Shown one piece after another: positions 8,123 through 15,159 of a stretch of 32,773 nucleotides of DNA; positions within the stretch are counted from its first letter, which is position 1; each line of letters starts with the position of its first letter. Below the pieces are notes generated by a model. It did no database searches. It had not been told where the DNA came from and was given only the letters and a program-made list of their open reading frames with translations. The stretch is from an uncultured Solibacteraceae bacterium (GTDB lineage Bacteria > Acidobacteriota > Vicinamibacteria > Vicinamibacterales > SCN-69-37). Made by a program: the position numbers and the translations under genes. Where the stretch lies: positions 1 through 32,773 of the forward strand of contig CAZLJG010000001.1 in NCBI GenBank assembly GCA_964559545.1. The letters run 5' to 3'.

Positions 8123-10243
8123 ATGATCATGACTTCGAAGGCACGCACCCATCTCCAGGCGGCGTGGGTCCTCGTACTCACCCTCAGCGTGGCCCCGCTC
8201 CTCACCGCGCAGGGCGGACAAGGCGGCGGCGCTGCCCAGCAGGGCGGACGCGGCGGTGGACGCGGAGCGGCCGCGGGACAAGGGCGCGATGTCACGCAAC
8301 CACCGGTCGTCGGCACCGGGATGATCCTCGGCCAGGTCGTCAGCGGCGATGCGGGCACCCCCGTGCGGCGCGCTCGCGTGAACCTCAGCGGCGCCGAGTT
8401 GCGCGGTCAACGTTCTGCCGTGACCGACGACGAGGGACGGTTTGTCTTCACGCAGCTGCCGGCCGGGCGTTACACCATCACGTCCTCGAAGGCCGGCTAC
8501 GTCACGATCGCGTACGGCGCCAAGGCCCCGGGTCGCGCGGGCACACCAATTCAGCTTGCAGACGGACAGAAGCTCGAAGGCCGCCCCATCTCGATGCCCA
8601 AGGGCGGCGTCGTCACCGGTGTCGTCCTCGACGAATACGGCGAACCTTCGCCGGGCACTCCTGTGCGCGCGCTGCGCATGGTGATGCGCACCGGTGAGAA
8701 GCGATTGGAGTCGGCCGGCACGAGCACCACGGACGACCGTGGCATGTATCGCATCTATGGTCTGCAGCCCGGCCAATACGTCGTCACCGCGCAGCCGCGG
8801 AACACCGGCCTCGGTATTCTGCAGACCTCGGTCGCTGCCGAAATCGAAGCCGCGTTGTCGCAGATGCAGCAACAAATGGGCGGACGCGGCGGCCTCGGCG
8901 CGCTGGGCGGCGGTGCGGGTCAAGGTGGGCGGGGTGGTGGCGCCCAGGGTGGGCGCGGTGGCCAGCTCGGCGAGTTGTTGCAAGGGATCACGGGTGGTCG
9001 CGGCCAGCAGGTGCTTGAGCAACTCCAACAACAGCTTGATCCGGACGGTCAGACCTCGATGGGGTACGCGCCGGTGTTCTTCCCGGGCACGACGTCGCCG
9101 TCGGGCGCGAACATGGTGGATGTGGTCGTCGGGCAGGAACGATTCGGCGTGGACTTCCAGTTGCAGCTGGTGTCCACCTCCCAGGTGAGCGGCGTCCTCA
9201 CCGGCGCGGACGGCGCCGCGCCTGCCGGAGCGCAGGTCACGCTCTCGCCGGTTGACACATTGCCGGGATTGCCGGGCGCCACCCAAACGGTGCGCGCCAA
9301 TCAAACAGGCGGCTTCAGTTTCCGCAATGTCACGCCGGGGCAGTACCGCGTGACAGCGCGCGCCCAGATTCGCACGCCGCAACCCGGCGCCGAAACGGAA
9401 GTGGCGGCCGCGCCGGCGGGTCAGCCGGGAGGCCGCGGCGGTCGTGGAGGGCGCGGTCAGAACGTGCCGACAGAAATTTTGTGGGCGCAGTCGGAAGTCA
9501 CGGTGGACGGCCGTGATGTGAATGATGTGGCGCTGCAGTTGCAGCAAGGCATGACCATTTCAGGCCGCGTGGTCTTCGACGGCACGCGCCTGTTGCCGCC
9601 AACCGATCTCACGCGTGTTCGCGTCACGCTCACGCCGGTCGGATCGCAGGATGGGGAATTCGGCAACATCCCGCCTGCGACGGTGGATGCCACTGGACGC
9701 TTCACGATCACCGGTGTGGCCCCAGGCAAGTACAGCCTGCGCGGGAATGCACCGGCGGGCACCGGCGGACCAGGCGTGGGTCAGGGTGGCGCACTCGCCG
9801 CGGGCGGCACCGCCAATTGGCAACTGCGCTCGTCAATCGCCGGCGGACGCGAAACGCTGGACTTCCCGTTGGAGATTGGTCCGAACATGAATGTCGGCGA
9901 TGCGGTGATCACCTTCGCCGATCGCACGACGGAACTCGGCGGCCTGCTGCAGGACGCGCAGGGCGTGGCCACGTCCGACTACTCCATCATCATCTTCCCG
10001 ACCGACGCGCGGTATTGGGTGCCGCAGGCACGGCGCATTCAGTCGGTGCGCCCGGGCACGGATGGCCGCTACACCGTGCGCAACCTCCCGCCGGGAGACT
10101 ACGCAATCGCGGCCGTGACCGACGTCGAACCCGGCGAATGGTTTGATCCCGCGTTCCTTCAGGAACTGCTCGCCGCGTCGATGCGCATCACGCTCGCCGA
10201 AGGCGATCGCAAGACGCAGGACATTCGGCTGGCGGGGGGCTAG
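8123..10243 (+). CDS. exported multi-domain carboxypeptidase-regulatory-like protein with Gly/Arg/Gln low-complexity tracts (paralogue of 6418..8058)
   Basis: Signal peptide MIMTSKARTHLQAAWVLVLTLSVAPLLTA|Q, with an AAGGA SD-like sequence at 8114-8118. It has the same repeat architecture (ILGQVVSGDAGTPVRRARVNLSG...VTDDEGRFVFTQLPAGRYTITS, VTGVVLDEYGEPSPG...TDDRGMYRIYGLQPGQYVV). The C-terminal module (DGRYTVRNLPPGDYAIAAV.DVEPGEWFDP) parallels NGTFFLQNLLPGRYRVVAIDEADADGWMAP in the upstream gene. Confidence 0.75.
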   Translation: MIMTSKARTHLQAAWVLVLTLSVAPLLTAQGGQGGGAAQQGGRGGGRGAAAGQGRDVTQPPVVGTGMILGQVVSGDAGTPVRRARVNLSGAELRGQRSAVTDDEGRFVFTQLPAGRYTITSSKAGYVTIAYGAKAPGRAGTPIQLADGQKLEGRPISMPKGGVVTGVVLDEYGEPSPGTPVRALRMVMRTGEKRLESAGTSTTDDRGMYRIYGLQPGQYVVTAQPRNTGLGILQTSVAAEIEAALSQMQQQMGGRGGLGALGGGAGQGGRGGGAQGGRGGQLGELLQGITGGRGQQVLEQLQQQLDPDGQTSMGYAPVFFPGTTSPSGANMVDVVVGQERFGVDFQLQLVSTSQVSGVLTGADGAAPAGAQVTLSPVDTLPGLPGATQTVRANQTGGFSFRNVTPGQYRVTARAQIRTPQPGAETEVAAAPAGQPGGRGGRGGRGQNVPTEILWAQSEVTVDGRDVNDVALQLQQGMTISGRVVFDGTRLLPPTDLTRVRVTLTPVGSQDGEFGNIPPATVDATGRFTITGVAPGKYSLRGNAPAGTGGPGVGQGGALAAGGTANWQLRSSIAGGRETLDFPLEIGPNMNVGDAVITFADRTTELGGLLQDAQGVATSDYSIIIFPTDARYWVPQARRIQSVRPGTDGRYTVRNLPPGDYAIAAVTDVEPGEWFDPAFLQELLAASMRITLAEGDRKTQDIRLAGG

Positions 10244-10263
10244 GGAGCAGCCGGGCTCCGGAC

Positions 10264-11040
10264 CTATTTGCGCAGCTCTTTGAGCCGCACGCGTCCGCGG
10301 CGGATCACGAACCAGATGATCGTGAGCAACAGCGCGACGGCCGCCGCAAACGCGCCGGCGAAGAGAAACAGCGTCTGGTAGAGAATCGACTCAGGGTCGG
10401 TGAAGACTTCCATCGCCACCGGCGTACCTGCGCGACGGTCGGTGAGGCGCTGTTCCCACGTCAGAATGTTGCCGCGCTCGGGGGATCCGGGCTTGTTGTC
10501 CTCGAGCCGTCGCACGTTGTGATGCAGGACCTTGCTCGGCAGATGCAATTTGAAGCCGACCAGCTCGTCCCCGGTCCAGTTCACATCGCCCGGTGATACG
10601 CCGGCGGACGCGCCGACCGTTTGCCGGTACTCCAGCCGCGGCTGCCCTGCCTCGTCCTGCCCCGCCCCGAAACTGTACGTGGACCACGCCAGGACGCCGC
10701 AGGCCCCCGCCTTGCGCACGTCGGGCACCGTGAGATTCACCTGGACGAACCGGCGTCCGTCGCGACGCCAGGGCCGACCGACACGCTGCACCTGACAGCC
10801 AGCCGCCTCAAACACGCGGCGGACCTCATCCGCGTCGATGCGCGCCGTCGGCGACACATCAAGCGCCACGCCGCGCAGCGCGACCAGCGCCGGCACAGAT
10901 GCCGCAATCACCACCCGCGCTGAGCCATCAACGCTGAGATAGGTCTGTTCGTCGTATTCGTACTGACGGCCCAGGGGATTGGAGCATCCGCTCACCCCGA
11001 CCAACACCACAAGTGCCACCCACGCGCCGCGAAGACTCAC
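10264..11040 (-). CDS. hypothetical lipoprotein with additional C-terminal TM anchor
   Basis: 258 aa with a GTG start at 11040. It has a lipobox-like LVGVSG|C and a C-terminal hydrophobic helix LFLFAGAFAAAVALLLTIIWFVI followed by a basic tail RRGRVRLKELRK. I recognise no catalytic motif. Confidence 0.6.
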   Translation of the reverse strand: MSLRGAWVALVVLVGVSGCSNPLGRQYEYDEQTYLSVDGSARVVIAASVPALVALRGVALDVSPTARIDADEVRRVFEAAGCQVQRVGRPWRRDGRRFVQVNLTVPDVRKAGACGVLAWSTYSFGAGQDEAGQPRLEYRQTVGASAGVSPGDVNWTGDELVGFKLHLPSKVLHHNVRRLEDNKPGSPERGNILTWEQRLTDRRAGTPVAMEVFTDPESILYQTLFLFAGAFAAAVALLLTIIWFVIRRGRVRLKELRK

Positions 11041-11063
11041 GACCGAATGATATACATTCTCTC
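11041..11063. promoter_or_regulatory. 23-bp divergent intergenic spacer, second copy of the bidirectional -10-like cassette
   Basis: The plus strand reads gaccgaatgatatacattctc tc. Its reverse complement is gagagaatgTATATCATTCGGtc. TATCAT lies 6 nt before GTG 11040 (minus strand). TGaTATACA lies 7 nt before GTG 11064 (plus strand). It shares TATATCATTCGG and an upstream GAGAA with 1022..1045. Confidence 0.45.
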
Positions 11064-13751
11064 GTGCCCCGCCTCTTTCTGATTGACGGCAATTCCCAGA
11101 TGTACCGCGCCTACCACGCGATTCGTGGTCTGACCGGTCCCGACGGCAAGTCCACCAACGCGGTCTACGGATTTGTCACGATGCTCCGGAAACTCATTGC
11201 CGACCATCAGCCGGACTACCTGGTGGCCTCATTCGACCTCCCCGGCCGGACCTTCCGAGACGACCTGTTTGCGGAGTACAAGGCCAATCGAGCCCCGATG
11301 CCCGGAGACCTGGCCGAACAGGTCCCTCTCGTCCACGACGCCTGCGAAGCGATGGGTGTCCCCATCATCACGGCCGAGGGGTTTGAAGCCGACGACGTGA
11401 TCGGCACGCTGGCGGTCAATGCCAGAACCGCCGGTTTCGACGTCGCCATCGTCACCGGCGACAAGGACTTCTTCCAGTTGGTCGGCGACGGCCTTCGCAT
11501 CTACAACCCGAAAGACGATGGCACGTGGTACGACGCGGCCGGGGTGGTCGAGCGGTTCGGCGTGCGGCCCGATCAGGTGGTGGACGTCCTCGCCCTCATG
11601 GGCGACTCGGTGGACAACATCAAGGGCGTGCCAGGCATCGGCGAAAAAGGTGCGCGCGAACTGATTACGACACACGGCACCCTCGACGCCCTGCTGGAAG
11701 CCGCGCCATCGCTGACGCAGAAGCGGTATCGCGAAGCGCTGATTGCCCACGCCGATGATGCGAGGGCGAGTCGTGTGCTCGCGACCATTCGGGCCGATGT
11801 GCCGGTGGCCTTTGAGCCGGAGGCGTTGAAGTACACCGGACCAGATCCCGCGCGGTGTTACGAGTTGTTCTCGCGCCTCGGCTTCCGCACCCTGACGGCG
11901 GACTATGCCCCGACCGCCGCCACCTCATCGCGCGACTACGTCATTGCCACCACGGCTGAGGAACTGGGAGCCATTGCCGCGGAGGCGCGCGCCGCGGGCG
12001 AGGTGTCGATTGCAGCGTTGACGACCAACGGGTCAGCCATGCGCGCGGTGTTGACCGGACTCTCGCTGGCCACATCGGCGGGCAGGGCCAGATACATTCC
12101 CATCGGCCATTCGGGCCTCAGTGAAATACCGAACGTACCGTTGCAGACGGTCGCGGCAACGCTGGGCGCGATGTTCGCCGACCCCGGCGTGCGCAAAGTC
12201 GGCCACGATCTGAAGACCACAGCGGTGGTGTTGGCACGCCATGGACTGCCCATCGACGGTCTCGACCTCGACACGATGATCGCGAGTTACCTGGTCAATG
12301 CCACCGGTTCAAGCCATGCGATCGAGGAACTGGCGCTGGAACGGTCGGGGTATCGCGCGCTGACAGAGGACAGCGTCACGGGGCGTGGCGCGAAGGCGAT
12401 GGACCTCGATGCCGTCCCTGTGGAGTCCTTGCTGGCCTTCGCCGCAGAGCGTGCGGACCTGCCGCTGACGGTGGCCCCCAGCCTGCGTGACGACCTGACA
12501 AAGGGCGCACTGGATGGGATCTATCGCGATCTTGAGCGGCCGCTGATCCCGATCCTCGCAGACATCGAACGCGCCGGCGTGCGCATCGACGTGCCGGCGC
12601 TCGATCAGCTGGGCAGAACGATGCAGCAGGAGTTGGATGGGTTGTCGGCGCGCATCTTCGCGCACGCCGGCGGCGAGTTCAACATCAACTCACCCAAACA
12701 ACTGAGCGAGGTGTTGTTCGAGCGACTGGCACTGCCTGCGGCACGCAAGACCGGCAAGACCAAAGCCACATCCACCGCCATGGATGTGCTCGAAGAACTG
12801 GCGCTCGTGCACGAACTGCCGGGTCTGGTACTGCAGTGGCGCAGCATCATGAAACTCAAGGGCACGTACGTGGATGCGTTGCCGGCGCTGGTGCATCCGC
12901 AGACCGGGCGCGTGCACACCACCTTTAATCAGGCCGTCGCGGCCACGGGGCGTCTCAGCAGCAGCGACCCGAACCTGCAGAACATTCCGGTGCGGACGGC
13001 GACAGGCCGCGAGATTCGGGCGACGTTCATCGCGGAGCCCGGCTGCGCGCTGATTTCGGCGGACTATTCCCAGATTGAGTTGCGCGTGTTGGCGCATCTG
13101 TCGGGTGACGAGGCGCTGATCGAGGCGTTCCAGCGTGGCGAGGATATTCACGACCGCACGGCGGAGCGCGTCTTCGGGGCCAACAGCGGACTAGATCCTC
13201 ACGAACTGCGGCGTCGCGCAAAGATCATCAATTACGCGTTGTTGTACGGCAAGACCGCGTTCACGCTCGCGAAGGACATCGGCGTGCCGCAGGCGGCCGC
13301 ACAGGCGTTCATCGACGCGTATTTCGCAGGCTTCCCAGGTGTGCGCATTTACATCGACTCAACACTCGAAGAAGCGCGCACCACCGGGCTGGTGAAAACC
13401 GTCACCGGCCGTCGTCGCATGATGCCGGAGCTGACCAGTAAGAACGGCCAGGTGCGCGCGGCCGCAGAACGCGAGACGGTCAACATGCCGATCCAGGGCA
13501 CGGCCGCCGACATCCTCAAGCAGGCCATGATCGACGTCGCCGCGGCGCTGGCCACGCACAACCAGACCGCCACGGCCCCGACCCGCATGATCCTCACCGT
13601 GCACGACGAACTGCTGTTTGAGGCCCCCGAGGCCGACGTGCCGACGGTCTCGGCCCTGGTCCGGGACGTCATGCAAAACGCCTTCCCGTTGCGGGTTCCC
13701 CTCACCGTGGACGTCGGATCAGGCCCAAACTGGAAGCTTGCAAAGTCGTAA
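11064..13751 (+). CDS. polA: DNA polymerase I
   Basis: Track ORF 11013..13751 trimmed to GTG 11064 (VPRLFLIDGNSQMYRAYHA, the 5'-nuclease N-terminus). Polymerase motifs are DYSQIELRVLAH, RRRAKIINYALLYG and TVHDELLFE. Confidence 0.95.
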   Translation: MPRLFLIDGNSQMYRAYHAIRGLTGPDGKSTNAVYGFVTMLRKLIADHQPDYLVASFDLPGRTFRDDLFAEYKANRAPMPGDLAEQVPLVHDACEAMGVPIITAEGFEADDVIGTLAVNARTAGFDVAIVTGDKDFFQLVGDGLRIYNPKDDGTWYDAAGVVERFGVRPDQVVDVLALMGDSVDNIKGVPGIGEKGARELITTHGTLDALLEAAPSLTQKRYREALIAHADDARASRVLATIRADVPVAFEPEALKYTGPDPARCYELFSRLGFRTLTADYAPTAATSSRDYVIATTAEELGAIAAEARAAGEVSIAALTTNGSAMRAVLTGLSLATSAGRARYIPIGHSGLSEIPNVPLQTVAATLGAMFADPGVRKVGHDLKTTAVVLARHGLPIDGLDLDTMIASYLVNATGSSHAIEELALERSGYRALTEDSVTGRGAKAMDLDAVPVESLLAFAAERADLPLTVAPSLRDDLTKGALDGIYRDLERPLIPILADIERAGVRIDVPALDQLGRTMQQELDGLSARIFAHAGGEFNINSPKQLSEVLFERLALPAARKTGKTKATSTAMDVLEELALVHELPGLVLQWRSIMKLKGTYVDALPALVHPQTGRVHTTFNQAVAATGRLSSSDPNLQNIPVRTATGREIRATFIAEPGCALISADYSQIELRVLAHLSGDEALIEAFQRGEDIHDRTAERVFGANSGLDPHELRRRAKIINYALLYGKTAFTLAKDIGVPQAAAQAFIDAYFAGFPGVRIYIDSTLEEARTTGLVKTVTGRRRMMPELTSKNGQVRAAAERETVNMPIQGTAADILKQAMIDVAAALATHNQTATAPTRMILTVHDELLFEAPEADVPTVSALVRDVMQNAFPLRVPLTVDVGSGPNWKLAKS

Positions 13752-13848
13752 CAAGTTTCGCTAAGTTCTTTCAATTCAACACTTTAAATACTCAATCCTC
13801 GATCCACAATCCTCAATACCTCTTATTGCGCCCCTATAATTCATTTTC
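13752..13848 (+). promoter_or_regulatory. AT-rich, G-poor intergenic region with a perfect TATAAT 8 nt before the pcnB start; possible rut-like terminator region for polA
   Basis: By hand count the 97 nt contain 35 G+C and only 6 G against 29 C. CAATCCTC occurs at 13793-13800 and 13807-13814. TATAAT is at 13835-13840, followed by tcattttc and then GTG 13849. No stem-loop follows polA. Confidence 0.5.
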
Positions 13849-15159
13849 GTGGTTGAGCCCGTCATCGTTCCGCGCGCCGAGCACACGATCTCGCGCCGTG
13901 ACATTGACCCGGACGCGCTCAAGGTCCTGTATCGACTGCAGCAAGCCCAGCACCACGCCTACCTCGTTGGAGGGGGCGTGCGCGACCTGTTGCTCGGGCG
14001 CAGGCCGAAGGACTTCGACATCGGCACCAGTGCCCATCCCTACGAAGTCAAAAAACTCTTCCGCAACTGTTGGATCATCGGCCGACGCTTCCGCCTGGCA
14101 CACGTCAAGTTCGGGCTGAAGACGATCGAAGTGGCCACGTTCCGGAAGAACGTGCCCGATCCGCTGCCGGGTGATCCCGCCGACGCATCCGAGGAATCAC
14201 AGATCGTCGCGAGCGCCCCTGCGCCACTGAGTACCGACGGCATCATCCGGCGCGACAACACGTTCGGCACGCCGGAAGAAGACGCGTTCCGGCGCGACTT
14301 CACCGTGAACGCGTTGTTCTACGACATCGCAACGTATTCGATCATCGACTACGTCGGCGGTCTCGGCGATCTCGAGAAACGCGTGATTCGCAGCATCGGG
14401 GATCCGATGGTGCGATTTGTCGAGGACCCCGTGCGCATGCTGCGCGCCGCCGTGTTTGCCGCCCGCCTCGGCTTCACCATCGACGACGTGGTGCTGGACG
14501 CCATCCGCGAATTGCGTCCACTCATCGCGAAGGCCTCGCCCGCGAGGCTGCTGGAGGAGTACTACAAGATTCTCCGCTCCGGGTACGCCGAAGCGAGTTT
14601 CCGGATGTTGCACGACCTCGGTCTGCTGCAATTGATGACGCCGGAGTTGAAACATCCGTCCGAGGGTGTCTGGGAAGCCCTCGCGCGCCTCGACGCCCAC
14701 CGCCGCCGCTTCGACGCGCCTCCCCCCGAACTGACGAACACACTGCTGATGGGCGCCCTGCTGGCGCCACTCGGGCTGGTGACACGCCGGCACGGCTCAT
14801 CAAGTGACACCCGCGTGCAGTTGGGTCTGCTGCCGATCGCACGCCGGGATCTCGATCGACTTGCGCAGGTGCTCACCATGGTGCCGCGGTTGACGGATCC
14901 GGAGTTGCCGTCACGTATCGCGAAGGGCCTGCCGAACCGGCCGGCGTTTGGTGATGCGCTGGTGTGGCTGCAGGTGTTCGGTGATGCGCCCGATGTGGTG
15001 GACCAGTGGATGGCCCTGCGTGAGTCGCTCCCGAAGCCGACGGTTGCTGAGGGGGAGGCGGCTGCCGCCGCCGATGGCACCGGTCGCAAAAAACGCCGCC
15101 GCCGAGGACGTCGTCGCGGCCGCGGCCGCGGTGCGTCACCGGCGAAGGTCGCCGAATAA
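13849..15159 (+). CDS. pcnB: polynucleotide adenylyltransferase (poly(A) polymerase I family, class II nucleotidyltransferase)
   Basis: HHAYLVGGGVRDLLLGRRPKDFDIGT is the GGxVRD...DxD nucleotidyltransferase head. CWIIGRRFRLAHVKFG is PcnB-like rather than CCA-adding. The C-terminal tail GRKKRRRRGRRRGRGRG is Arg-rich. Confidence 0.8.
   Translation: MVEPVIVPRAEHTISRRDIDPDALKVLYRLQQAQHHAYLVGGGVRDLLLGRRPKDFDIGTSAHPYEVKKLFRNCWIIGRRFRLAHVKFGLKTIEVATFRKNVPDPLPGDPADASEESQIVASAPAPLSTDGIIRRDNTFGTPEEDAFRRDFTVNALFYDIATYSIIDYVGGLGDLEKRVIRSIGDPMVRFVEDPVRMLRAAVFAARLGFTIDDVVLDAIRELRPLIAKASPARLLEEYYKILRSGYAEASFRMLHDLGLLQLMTPELKHPSEGVWEALARLDAHRRRFDAPPPELTNTLLMGALLAPLGLVTRRHGSSSDTRVQLGLLPIARRDLDRLAQVLTMVPRLTDPELPSRIAKGLPNRPAFGDALVWLQVFGDAPDVVDQWMALRESLPKPTVAEGEAAAAADGTGRKKRRRRGRRRGRGRGASPAKVAE

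Noticed and set aside
8111-9547. 478-aa minus-strand ORF antisense to the 8123..10243 gene
   Set aside because: It is extremely Arg/Ala/His/Leu-rich, has no recognisable motifs, and is fully embedded opposite a gene with a clear signal peptide and domain repeats. This is a typical shadow ORF of high-GC DNA.
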